A stretch of 63,344 nucleotides of DNA, the filler included, from Chiloscyllium plagiosum (Eukaryota): NCBI RefSeq assembly GCF_004010195.1. It is 6 parts of one record of this genome, joined end to end, with 100 filler letters (N's around TTAATTAATTAA, not from the genome) between each part and the next. Parts side by side here need not be neighbours in the genome. Positions count along the whole stretch, not along the records: positions 1 to 15,807 come from NC_057717.1; 5 more parts are not named here. One strand, 5' to 3'. This document shows, piece by piece, positions 1 through 11,539 of the stretch. The notes below the pieces were generated by a model that worked only from the letters and a program-made list of their open reading frames with translations, had not been told where the DNA came from and made no database searches. The stretch's first letter is position 1, and the number at the start of each line of letters is the position of its first letter. Position numbers and translations under genes: made by a program.

Positions 1-18
1 TCTCAAATTAAAATCCAT
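1..18 (-). CDS. Probable start (MDFNLR...) of exon 1 of a GPR139/142-like GPCR paralog (copy A), running off the window start
   Basis: Positions 1-240 align by eye to the 5' UTR and promoter of exon copy B (17500-17830): GATCAGAATCTGAGAACATTAGA...ACAATGGA on the minus strand. The ATG at 18-16 matches the 'ACAATGGAC' start of copies B and C. Confidence 0.5.
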
Positions 19-164
19 TGTTGGACCATTCTAATGTTCTCAGATTCTGATCTCTCTCTCGTTCTCTGTAGCTGCTGATCCCAATCTTGTTGAGGTTGAC
101 TCTGCCCCGAATACTTTGGCATAACAAGGTGAAAGAAGTCCCTAATTATGGAAGAGGGAAATCC

Positions 165-240
165 TCCAGTGACCCAGTTAGGTCCAGAAAGACTGATATT
201 AATTACAGTCACTGAACAAACAGCTCCAGTTAACCCATTT
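165..240 (-). promoter_or_regulatory. Conserved upstream cassette of GPCR copy A
   Basis: Minus strand GTTTGTTCAGTGACTGTAATTAATATCAGTCTTTCTGGA, homologous to 17760-17830 and 42715-42790. Confidence 0.55.
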
Positions 241-639
241 CATGGCAACTCTGATATATCACAATAATACTTCGTGTGTGTGGGATTTTGATATCGCTGA
301 TTATTGGGCTCATGGCACAGCTCCAGTTGTAAACATAGAGGTGAGGGAGAGACATAATTCTTTCTCTTCACAAGCTCGATGATTCTGCTGTGTTTTGGCA
401 GTACATGAATTTCTGGGCTCCCGAGGCCGTCTGTATCTGATTACCAGGCCTGCTGCATCTTTTTGTTTTATTTATTTATGTTTAACTTGGACTTTTGTCT
501 GTCCAGCATTTAATGGCTTTGGTGGATTTAGGCATTTTTGAGAGACACCTACTGGTCCATAGGCGATGTAGATACAGTCCATTCCTTGTGCTCTTGCAGC
601 CGCGGCCTAGTCCTGTGGAGTTATGGTCAAACTCTCACA

Positions 640-1050
640 GAACCAGGATCCTTAGTTTTACCTTTCACCAGTTATTGCTGGGGTCTCAGGAGGGTTGGAA
701 GGCAGGAAATCTCTCCCCGGTTCTACACACTCTCTCTGTGATTTTTCTCGGAACTGCATTTTGATGTTCTTTCCTCCTAGATTGGAGAACTGCATGCGAG
801 ACAATCTGTTTCCTGCATTTTTTTTTTGACATTTGTGTGCTTATCGAATGATACCATATTTGAGCAGTTACTGTATAGTAGTTAATAAACTCTTATTCTG
901 CTAAGTATTCCAACAGAATTAAGTTATTGCAAGTTCCTCTTCCTTTTCTTGTCTTTTATCGACAGATTTCGAATAAATTGTGTTTTGCTTAATGTCGAAT
1001 ATCTTGACGAAGTAAATTTATCTCAAACACCGCATCTCACATTTACCAGT
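640..1050 (+). mobile_element. Degenerate LTR-like fragment (Gypsy-type)
   Basis: Resembles fish/shark LTR sequence, with AATAAA motifs (gttaataaac, gaataaattgtgttttgctt). No termini identified. Confidence 0.35.
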
Positions 1051-2519
1051 GGAATGGGCCAAGATGGAGGAGTGATAATCATGTCAGGAATTATATTGAA
1101 TACCCAATCCACCTCTCAGATCCAGCCCGGACCCGTATCAGCCCAGATGAAGTACCTCCTCAACATGAAGCGCTGCGTAGACCAGGCTAGTGAACTGCTC
1201 AGCAATCGGTTCAGGATCGAACACTGTTTAGAGCTCACAAGTTCACTACCTATGTGTCCAACAGTGCAATGATCAATAAATTTGGACTAAATGATCTGGT
1301 CAGTACAGGGCGCTGTGCAGAACACACAAAGGCATTGTTCTATACAGACGGACTGGGTATCTGTGCAGCAGGTGGATCTGTGCAGTAAATAGCAGTGAAT
1401 TCATCTTTTAATCTGGAGCAGTTACCTTCCCAGCATACGCAGCTGTGTGCACCAATCGCTGCATTGCTATGTAACACTGTGTTAGATCACTGCCCAGCGT
1501 GGGGAACCTTGTAGCTCATGCTGGAAGCGACAGGATGTGCAGCACCTCTCCATTTACAGCTCCATATCTCAAGTGTGGCATGACACAGGAGTGCTGTAAG
1601 TGTGAAATTCATTGCCAGAGAGAGATGACGTGAGAATCAGTTTAAATACCAACAAATGGGAGGAACTTGGTTAAAAGAGAGGGGGAGATTGAGAGAGAAT
1701 TTCAGAGAAGGATCTAATGGTACGTTTAAAAATCGTGACATGAGAACATTTTGATAGCGTCTTGCAATATAAGCCACTGTTTCTAGGAATGATGGGTGAG
1801 TAGGATATTGGTGTAAGTTATGATGATTGAGAATTTTGGATAAGCATTTTTCCTGCAGTGTTGTAACTGGGAGTAGGATCAGCAGAGTCTTCGACTCACT
1901 GGGCTGAATCGTAAAATAATTGTCTCAGTGCCATTTTCATTGAATGTGACAGAAGGAATATCTGCACGAGGCATAGCTAGTTTCCTGGTGTTATCTTATT
2001 GAACTCACCTCATTAACTATCCACCCCACCCCATGGCGTCCCTCTCATCCAACGCCAGCCCGATTTTCCCACCAATTATGGCTGGGGGTGCTCACCATCG
2101 CCCGGATACCCCTGGATATTCAGTGATCCCTGGTACTGCTGCCATCATGAAAAGGCCAATGGGCACACGGTTGAGCTTTCTCAGTTTGAAGCTGCCCTGC
2201 ACAGTTTACCCGAGCATGGCAGATAAAGGGAAATTACACCACAACTTGACGACAGGGGCACGGTGGTCATGGTGAATGGTTTAGTATAGAGGGGGACCAT
2301 TTTCTTCCCAGAGCATGGTCTGAGCACACAACCCAGCTCAGTGCAGTATCTGCGGTCCGAACAAAAGTCCAGCAATACAGGAAATGCATCAATAGCCTTC
2401 CCCGCTCTGTCAGGATAAGCGTCACCGTATTCTCTCTACTCTCTCACACTCATTGTATATCTGTTAGCGCCTTCCCCAGAATAAGGCTCCATCACTCTTA
2501 CCACTGCAATGCAGCACCT

Positions 2520-2589
<70 letters not shown>
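2520..2589. repeat. (CT)n microsatellite
   Basis: Near-perfect CT run. Confidence 0.98.
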
Positions 2590-2592
<3 letters not shown>

Positions 2593-2869
2593 TACGCAAT
2601 ACCCCCACATTGTTATAAAATGTTCTTATGAGCGCAGTTTCTAGAATTCTCGGGTTGATGTCGTTCGTACAATGTTCCAGATAATTTTCAAAATAATTCA
2701 ACTTCAGCAAAATGTTCATCCCCCATTATGTAACGCATCAGAGGAAGGAGTAGCGTTTTACGTTTTATTAAATCACTCAGGATGGAAGAGCATCATGAGG
2801 CCATTAATCCTCGCAAATTTGCTCCATAATTCAGACAAAGGGTGCACCTAAACACTTGAAGACTCACTG

Positions 2870-4366
2870 TCTTCTTGAAGACAGGCGCACTTTGGAGTTT
2901 CGCCAGTTTCACTGGAACACTCCTTTAATCGCGGGAATTATGGAATATTTCACACAGTGCCACCAGTCACTCTGTAACCATTTCTATCAAAACAAGTTAT
3001 GAATTGCTGATGAGCTGTTTACCCTTGGTCTTTTCTGTTTGAGAAAAGTCTTGTTCATTTTGTTAGAGACAGTGCTAAACTTTCATCTGACTACAATTTT
3101 GTTTATAATATTGAAACTCTTCGTGCCTTCCCCTGCAAGGAACAATGTAAAATACTGTTTTAAATTCTCTGCCTGATCCCTGAAACCAGTTCCCCAGTCA
3201 CATCCTACAGGTCTCCCACATATTCTTTCCTGCCTTCCTTCCAAGGGTCACACACACATCATGAATGTTTTTTTATTCGATATGGGAAAACTCTTGCGGT
3301 TAGTTTCTTTTCATATTTCTTGCCAGTTCTGAAATGTTTTTTCTTTGTATTTTGTTTTATACAATCTGTTTCTTGTTCCAAAAGTAAACTTCCCAAATGT
3401 GGCTGACGCTATAGATCAACAATCTGAATTCTTTAGTTTGTGATTGATTAGTATCCTTCACAGCCTTTGTGCATCATGGGTGTTTCATCTTCACATCTTC
3501 ATATCATCTTCTTTTTCACCTGAGCCAAACATTACTGAGCGTTATTAATGAGTACCTGCTTAAGTGTTCCCACACCCCCTCCCCCACCACAAACACACAG
3601 ACACATCTGCTGACCTTCACCTGTGTCTATTTTCACACTCCATATTTGACCAGATATATGACATAAATCTGCATTTGAAATGCCTGGCTCTTTTCAATCA
3701 TTCGGGGGAACCTTTTCCCTGGCTCTGTCATTTCTGTTCGATGATGTCACATTCCAGTGGGAAGCTTCCGACATGTCATCCTTTTCTCTCAAACGAGAAA
3801 TCCCCTAAATCTGATGGACTGAGTTTTCAGCTGTGTCTGTCCCGTCTCCCTCACTTCTGTCCTCACTCCGTCCCTTCCTCCCCAGAACAATGATAGATCT
3901 CCCCTTGCCCTCATTTCCTACTGCACTAGAATGTGCATTCACAGAATCATCCTCCGGCACTTCGACCACCTCCACACAGGACAGCACCAGCAAACACATC
4001 TTCTCCTCCCGTCCACTGTCAGAAATTCACAGGGACCATTCCTTCTGTGGCAAGCTCTATTACCTCGAACAGTTCCCCACACCCCCATGGCACCTTCCCA
4101 TGTAAATGCAGAAGCTGCAACCTTTGCCCATTTATCTCTTCCCTCTTCACTGTCCAAGGCTGTAAACACACCTTCCAGGTGAAGCAGCATTTCACTTGTA
4201 CGCTTTCAATCCAATTTCCTGTCATTGCTGCTGACAATGCAGTCTCCTTTACATTACTGAGCTAAACAAAAACTGCTTTGAGGAACATCTCCATTCTGTC
4301 TAAAGGAATGACCCTGACATTCTGATTGGTCCCCATTTCAAGAACCTACATTGCTCTCAAGATAAT
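2870..4366. repeat. Segmental unit X, copy 1, left part (contains a degenerate Penelope GIY-YIG fragment at ~3770-4366)
   Basis: Colinear with 11540-13670 and, as reverse complement, with ~54700-56215. Confidence 0.75.
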
Positions 4367-4375
4367 GAGAATTCT

Positions 4376-5389
4376 TTAAGGAGGTAACGATGGGTTGGAC
4401 CAGAGAGGGTTACCTATCTGAACTTCCAGAAGGCCTCTGATATGGTACCCCACAGGAGGCTGCAGAGTAAGATAAGGACCCATGGTGTTAGAGGATAGGT
4501 ACAAGCATGGATAAAAGATTGGCTCTCTTACAGGATGCAGAGTGAGGATAAAATTGTCTCTCTCAGGATGGCAGCTGGTGACTTGCAGTGTTCCACAAGA
4601 GTCAGTGTTGGGACCACAACATTTCATTTTATAGGTTAACGAACTGAGTGGCGGGACAGAAGACATTCTGGCTACGTTTGCAGATGAAGCAAAGATAGGT
4701 GGAGATGCATGTAATATTGAGGAGGCAGGGAGCCTGCAGAAAGATTTTGATAGTTTAGGAGAGTGGGAAAAGGAGTAGCAGATGGAATACAATGTGGGGC
4801 AGTGTGAGGTCATGCACTTTGGTATGAAGAATACAGGCATGGACTATTTCCTAAATGGGAAAAAAAATCAGAAATCTGAGGAACAACGGGACTTCGGGTT
4901 CCAAGCGCAGGATTCGCCTTAGATAAACTTGCAGGTTGAGTCAGTAGTTAAGAAGTCAGATACAATGTTGTCATTCATCTCGAGAGGAGTAGGATATAAT
5001 GGTGGGGATTCTGAGGCTTTCTAAGGCTCTGGTCAGACCACATTTCCAGTATTTTGTGCCTTATACCTCAGAAAGGATGTGTAAGCCTTGGTGTGTGTCT
5101 AGAGAAGGTTCACCAGAAATGAAAAGCTTAACAGATGAGTAACGTTGGAGAACTCTGGGTTTATACTCTATGGAGATTAGAAGGATGGGGGCGATCCAAT
5201 TTAAACTTATAGAATACTGAATGACCTGGATACAGACAAAATTGGGAGGACGTTGGCACTGGCAGGAGGACACAGGCTTAGAGAAAAGGGAAAACCCATT
5301 AGAACGGGGATAAGTTGAAACGTCTTTAGCCAGAGCGTGATGAAATTGTGGAATTCCTTACCACAGAAACCTGTGGAAAGCAGATCATT
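4376..5389 (+). mobile_element. Older CR1-type LINE RT/3' fragment (element A), interrupted at ~5389; its 3' end resumes at 9671-9830
   Basis: Degenerate RT motifs (DFQKASDMVPH, SVPQESVLGP, FADEAKIGG); sequence continues after CR1 element B. Confidence 0.8.
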
Positions 5390-5627
5390 TTGCACCAGCA
5401 ATATAGCCAGGTAAGGGACTGAGGATCTGAAAATTGACGACAGAGAGTTAGTTTGGAAGCTGAAGAGCAGGACGAACAGAGTAGTTATCTCAGGTTTGCT
5501 ACCAGTGCCACGAGCGAGTTAGATGAGGAACAGTCAGCGAATGCAGCTTTTCACGTGGCTGCGAGGCTGGAGCCAGAGGGAGGGCTTCAGATACCTAGAC
5601 CATCGGGATACCTTCTGGGTAAGGTGG

Positions 5628-6357
5628 NNNNNNNNNNNNNNNNNNNNNNNNNNNNNNNNNNNNNNNNNNNNNNNNNNNNNNNNNNNNNNNNNNNNNNNNN
5701 NNNNNNNNNNNNNNNNNNNNNNNNNNNNNNNNNNNNNNNNNNNNNNNNNNNNNNNNNNNNNNNNNNNNNNNNNNNNNNNNNNNNNNNNNNNNNNNNNNNN
5801 NNNNNNNNNNNNNNNNNNNNNNNNNNNNNNNNNNNNNNNNNNNNNNNNNNNNNNNNNNNNNNNNNNNNNNNNNNNNNNNNNNNNNNNNNNNNNNNNNNNN
5901 NNNNNNNNNNNNNNNNNNNNNNNNNNNNNNNNNNNNNNNNNNNNNNNNNNNNNNNNNNNNNNNNNNNNNNNNNNNNNNNNNNNNNNNNNNNNNNNNNNNN
6001 NNNNNNNNNNNNNNNNNNNNNNNNNNNNNNNNNNNNNNNNNNNNNNNNNNNNNNNNNNNNNNNNNNNNNNNNNNNNNNNNNNNNNNNNNNNNNNNNNNNN
6101 NNNNNNNNNNNNNNNNNNNNNNNNNNNNNNNNNNNNNNNNNNNNNNNNNNNNNNNNNNNNNNNNNNNNNNNNNNNNNNNNNNNNNNNNNNNNNNNNNNNN
6201 NNNNNNNNNNNNNNNNNNNNNNNNNNNNNNNNNNNNNNNNNNNNNNNNNNNNNNNNNNNNNNNNNNNNNNNNNNNNNNNNNNNNNNNNNNNNNNNNNNNN
6301 NNNNNNNNNNNNNNNNNNNNNNNNNNNNNNNNNNNNNNNNNNNNNNNNNNNNNNNNN
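5628..6357. other. Assembly gap (730 N) inside CR1 element B
   Basis: N run flanked by CR1 ORF1 and the ORF2 start. Confidence 0.99.
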
Positions 6358-6457
6358 CTTGGGGCTACGATGTCGTGGCCATAATGGAGACGTAGGTTTC
6401 ACAGGGGCAGGGATGGTTGTTTGATGTTCCTGGGTTGAAAAAGTTTAAAAATGTTTT

Positions 6458-6762
6458 GGGGCGGCACAGAGTCTCAATGGTTAGTACTGCTGCCTCACAG
6501 CACCAGAGACCCGGGTTCAATTCCCAACTCAGGGAACTGTCTGTGTGGAGTTTGTACATTTTCCCCGTATGTGTGCTCCGGTTTCCCTCCATAATCCAAA
6601 AATGTGCAGATTAAGTGAACTGGCACATTTTTAATTGCCTGTAGTGTTAGATGAAGGGGTAAATGTAGGGGAATGGTTCTGGTTGGATTGTTCTGTGGAG
6701 GATTGGTGTGGACTTGTTGGGCCGAAGGGCTTGTTTCCACACTGCAAGTAATCTAATCTAAA
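6458..6762 (+). mobile_element. tRNA-derived V-SINE (HE1-like) inserted in the CR1 endonuclease region
   Basis: A-box-like TGGTTAGTACTG, B-box GGGTTCAATTCCC, V-domain TGTGTGGAGTTTGTACATTTTCCCCG, CR1-like 3' end. Confidence 0.85.
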
Positions 6763-8696
6763 AAAGAACAGGGTGGGCGGAAAATGAGGAGAGTTTGTAA
6801 CATTGCTAATCAGAGAGTGAATCACAGGAACAGAAATGAAGGTTGTTGAGGAAGACTTGTCTACTGAGTCAGTATGGGTGAAAGTTAGGAACAGCAAGGG
6901 AACAGTCACCGCATTTGGGGGTTTTCTACAGACCATCTAATAGCAGTAGAGAGATTGAAGATCTCATAGGCGGGCAGATTCCAGAAAAATGCAAAGGTAG
7001 CAGGATTATAGTTATGGGTGATTTCAACTTTTCCAATATCGACTGGAACCTCCTAAGTGCAGATAGTGTGGATGAAGCCATTTTTGTCAGGTGTGTTCAA
7101 GACGGTTTCCTTGCTCAGTATGGAGACAGACCAACAAGGGGAGAGGCTATTTTGGATTTGGTGCTCGGCAACGAGCCAGGACTGGTGTCAGAGCTAACGG
7201 TGGGAGAGCACTTTGTTGATAGTGATCACAACTGCCTCACAGGTAGCATAGTCTGCGAGAGTGAAAGGAGCAGTTTCAGAGGGAAGATATTTAATTGTGG
7301 AAAAGGAAATTATGATGCTATCAGACAGGAGTTGTGAAGTACAGACTGTGAGCAATTGTTCCACAGAAAGGGCACAGCAGACATGTGTGACAGATTAAGG
7401 AGACGTTGATGCGAGTTATGCACAAATTTATTCCTCTGAGACAGGTAAGAAAGAGTAAGATTAAGGAACCTTGGATGACGAGAACAGTGAAACTTCTCGT
7501 CAAAAGGAATCAGGTAGCTTACGGAAGATGGAGGAAGCAAGGATCTAGCACAGCTTTAGAGGATTACACGCTTGCTAGAAAGGAGCTCATAAATGGACCC
7601 AGGCGAGCCATGATGGGGCACGGAAAAGGCTTGGCAAGAAGTATTAGGGAGAATCAAAGGCATTTTTCTCATACGTGAGGAATAAGGGAATAATTAGGGA
7701 GAAGGTAGGGCCAATCAGGGAACTTATGCATGGAGTCTGAGCAGATTGGGGAAACCCTAAATGGGTTTTTTGCTTCGATTTTCACCAAGGAAAGGGAACT
7801 TGTTGTAAATGAAAACTTAGAGGAGCTGGATCAGTCTTGACCAGGTCAAGATTGATGAAGTTGATGTGCTAGAAATTTTGGAAAACATTAAGATAGATAC
7901 GTCCCCAGGGCCAGATTTATCCTTACTGCTCCGGGAAGCGGGAAAGGAGGTTGCTAAGCTGCTTGTGAGAATATTTGCTTCCTCACTCTCCACAGGAGTC
8001 GTACCGGAGGATTGGAAGGAGGCAAATGTTGTTCCTTATTTCAAGAAGGGTAATTGGGAAATCCCTGGCAATTAGAGACCAGTCAGTCTTACGTCTGCTG
8101 TCAGCTATGTTTGGAAAAAATTCTGAGGGATAGGATTTATGACGATTTGGCAAAGCATTGTGTGATTAAAGCAGTCAGCATGGCTTTGTGAGGGGCAGGT
8201 CATGCCTCACAAATCTTATTGATTTCTTTGAGGAGGTGTCAAGACAGGTCAACGACTGTCGAGCAGTGGATGTGGTGCATGTGGACTTCAGCAAGGCATT
8301 TGATAGGGTTCCCCATGGAAGGGTCATTCATAAAGTCAGGAAGTATGGGATACAGGGAGATTTGGCTATCTGTATTCAGAATTGGCTGGCTGGCAGAAGG
8401 CAGACAGTTTTTGTAGATGGAAAGTATTCTGCTTGGAGGAGAGTGTTGAGAGGGATCCCACAGGGCTATGTCCTTGGGCCTCTGCTCTTTGTAGTTTTTA
8501 TAATTTTTTTGGATGAGGAGGTTATGGGGTGGGTTAGTACATTTGCTGATGCCACAAAGATTGGAGGTGTCGTCGGTAGTATCGAGGGCTTGTATAGGCT
8601 GCAGCACGACGTAGAAAGGATGCAGAGCTGGGCTGAGAAATGGCAGATGGAGTTCAACCTGGGTAAATGCGAAGTGATTCATTTTGGAAGGTCAAA

Positions 8697-9143
8697 TTCG
8701 AATCCTGAATATAGCATTAAAGACAGGATTCTTGGCAGTGTGGAGGAACAGAGGGATCTGAGTGCGCAAGTGCATTGATTCCTCAAAGTAGCCACCCAAG
8801 TGGATAGGGTGTCAAGAAAGCATATGGTGTTTTGGCTTTCATTAACAGGGGATTGAGTTTAAGAGACGCGAAGTTTTTTCTGCAGCTCTCCCAGTTCCTG
8901 GTGAGACCACACTTGGAATATTTCGAATCCTGAATATAGCATTAAAGACAGGATTCTTGGCAGTGTGGAGGAACAGAGGGATCGGAGTGCGCAAGTGCAT
9001 TGATTCCTCAAAGTAGCCACCCAAGTGGATAGGATGTCAAGAAAGCAGATGGTGTTTTGGCTTTCATTAACAGGGGATTGAGTTTAAGAGACGCGAAGTT
9101 TTTCTGCAGCTCTCCCAGTTCCTGGTGAGACCACACTTGGAAT
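8697..9143 (+). repeat. ~225-bp near-identical tandem duplication within CR1 ORF2
   Basis: TTCGAATCCTGAATATAGCATTAAAGACAGG...GAGACCACACTTGGAATAT occurs at ~8697-8921 and ~8922-9145. Confidence 0.9.
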
Positions 9144-9858
9144 ATTATATCCAGTTGTGGACCCCATACTATAGGAAAGATACAAGGGCTTTGGAGAGGG
9201 TGCAAAGAAGGTTGACCAGGATGCTGCCTGGTTTGGAGGGCTTGCTTTATGAAGAAAGGTTGAACAAGCTTGGACTTTTCTCTCTGGAGACAAGGAGGAG
9301 AGATGAGATCTGATCAAGGTGTGCAAAATAATGAGAGGAATAGATAGAGTAAATACCCAGAGACTTTTTTTCCCAGGGCAGGATTGACTAGTGCGAGAAG
9401 ACATAGTTTGAAGATATTAGGATGAAGGTAAAAGGAGACGTCAGAGGTCGGTTCTTTACACAGAGAGTTGTGAATGCATGGAATGCTTTGCCAGCTCTGT
9501 TGGTGGAAGCAGAGTCATTGGGGACATTTGAGCGACTGATGAACATGCACATGGAGAGCAGTGAGTTGAGGGGTGCATAGGTTAAGTTACTATATTTTAC
9601 ATTAGGATTAAATCTCAGGACAACATCGTGGCCCAAAGGGCCTATTCTGTGCTGTACTGTTCTATGTTCTATTAGTATACTTAAAACAGACTCAGATAAG
9701 TTCTTGATTGACAAGGGGATCAAAGATAACTGACAGGAAGCAGGCAAATGGGGTTGAAAATCTATAATGCGTGATCGAATGGTGGAGCAGACTTGATGAC
9801 CCGAATGGCTTCATTTCTGCTCGTATAGAATTGTGGCCTTCTAATATTTCGGTCCTGG

Positions 9859-10145
9859 ATGGCACGGTGTCTCAGTGGTTTGCACTGCTGCCTCACAGCA
9901 TCAAGGAACTGGGATCGATTTCCTCTGGGTGTTCTAGTTTCCTGTCACAGTTCAAAGTTGTGCAGGTTAGGTGAACTGGCCATGCTGAATTGCCGATTGT
10001 GTTCAGCGATGTTGATATTAGGTGCAATAGTCAATGGTCTATGCATAGTATTAGGGTAGAGAATGGGATTGGTTCGCATACTCTTTGGAGGGTCAGTATA
10101 AACCTGTTCGGCTGAAGGGCCTGTTTTCACACTGTAGGGATTCTA
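9859..10145 (+). mobile_element. Degenerate HE1-like SINE
   Basis: GGCACGGTGTCTCAGTGGTTTGCACTGCTGCCTCACAGC 5' end; GAAGGGCCTGTTTTCACACTGTAGGGATTCTA 3' end. Confidence 0.8.
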
Positions 10146-10154
10146 AGAAAATGC

Positions 10155-11535
10155 AGGCTGCTGCAATGTTACAATGAATCATAACCCACGCTCGAGTAAC
10201 ATCTCACATTTCACTTTGGTACGTTACAGTCTGGAGGAGTTAATATTCAATTCCATAAATTCACAGCCTGAACCCACTATGGCTGTTCTCCATTTTCCGT
10301 ACACCCTCCCTCCTGGGATCCCTAAGTTCGTGTCTTGTTTATGTTCCATTCAACAGAGAAAATCAATTTCTAATATTTACACATTAATTTACACCCATTA
10401 TATATCGGTGTCTCTTTCACCACAATTTATAGCCCATTTGTCTTTCACACTGGGCCTCCAAACACTCTTTCCCACCTCTGCTAAGATACTAAAACGCTCA
10501 CTTCCCAATCCTTTACACGTCTGAAGAAGATTTACACTGGACTTGAAACATTAACATTGTTTCTCTTTCTCTGCAGATGTTGCCAGACCCCTGAGTACCT
10601 TCAAAAATAAAAAGTTACAGAATACATTTTCAATATAGCAAAGATCGTTGGATACAGGAAATCTGAAACTAAAACAAAAATTGTTGGACTTACTGGGTGC
10701 TTTGAGGAACAGTCACAGAACCCGAAAGACTAACTCTGCTTTCACTCCACAGGTGCTGTCAGACTTGTCAGTGTCTTCAGCACTTTTTGTTTTTGAATAA
10801 GTTTCAGACATGTGTGTCAAAGCTGCTCACATGCCCTGTACGACTTGGAGTGCCATACACCGGGAAGTGAATGATAATACAAGGTATACAAATTCATTTG
10901 CTCTGAAACAACATAAGGCTGTCATCACCGACACCGCAGAGCTCCTAATCATGGTCATGGAGAGAAACAGCGGGAAACACATTCGCTTTAAATAAAAGAT
11001 AGCATTACTGGAGGGGAAAATATTCAGGTGAAAACGTTAAATGCTTTTGAGGAATGCGACAATTGGAGGCATGGCATCATGAAGATACCTAAACAGGATG
11101 AGAACTTTTAAAAAAGGAAGCGTTCCCACATGAGAAACTGGGATTTTTAAAAAAGGAAGCGTTCCCACATGAGAAACTGGGAAAGGGCACTGTGTACAGG
11201 GGAGAAGGCTGACCGGGTCCCCGTGCGAATGAGGACAGTCAGCAGAATTGTATTGCAGATATTGCTGCTCAAACTGGGCATTCATGTGATGCTGTAAATC
11301 ATAGCAGCTGTAGTAGCAGCAGCAGAAGCAGAATTATATTCAACCACAATATAATCCCTCAGTCTACCATTAACACGAAGCCGATCTCCACTTCAGTGAT
11401 GAGTGTGGATGAATATGTCACGGTCAGGACCGTGTGTACCTAAACCTGATGACAACCCAATCAAGCTACCGCACTTACTGCATACATTAACAAACAGCAG
11501 AACTAACATCTGAATGAGAGGGCACCATGATCCCA
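10155..11535. repeat. Segmental unit X, copy 1, right part
   Basis: Colinear with 13685-15040; includes degenerate Penelope 3' ends at ~10515-10600 and ~10700-10790. Confidence 0.8.
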
Positions 11536-11539
11536 AGAC

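Larger units (their letters stand above)
5390..9670 (+). mobile_element. CR1 LINE (element B): ORF1 SGNH-esterase part, APE endonuclease, RT, 3' tail; disrupted
   Basis: VVISGLLPVPRAS...EGFRYLDH (ORF1); GVFYRP, MGDFNF, ILDLVL, SDHN (APE); DFSKAFDRVPH, GIPQGYVLGP, FADATK (RT); 3' TGTTCTATGTTCT tail. Confidence 0.92.

Noticed and set aside
5453..6424. Long ORFs spanning N runs (also at 37.1, 39.8 and 51.2 kb)
   Set aside because: Their length comes from X translation of gaps.
6458..6530. tRNA-like A/B boxes
   Set aside because: They are the head of a SINE, not a tRNA gene.
8697..9143. Tandem duplication in CR1 as a functional feature
   Set aside because: It lies in a dead ORF and may be slippage or an assembly artefact.
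11106..11181. ~41-bp tandem duplication (PVSHVGTLPFLK twice in an ORF)
   Set aside because: It is absent from the paralogous unit X copies and the ORF is not conserved, so it looks like a neutral local duplication.
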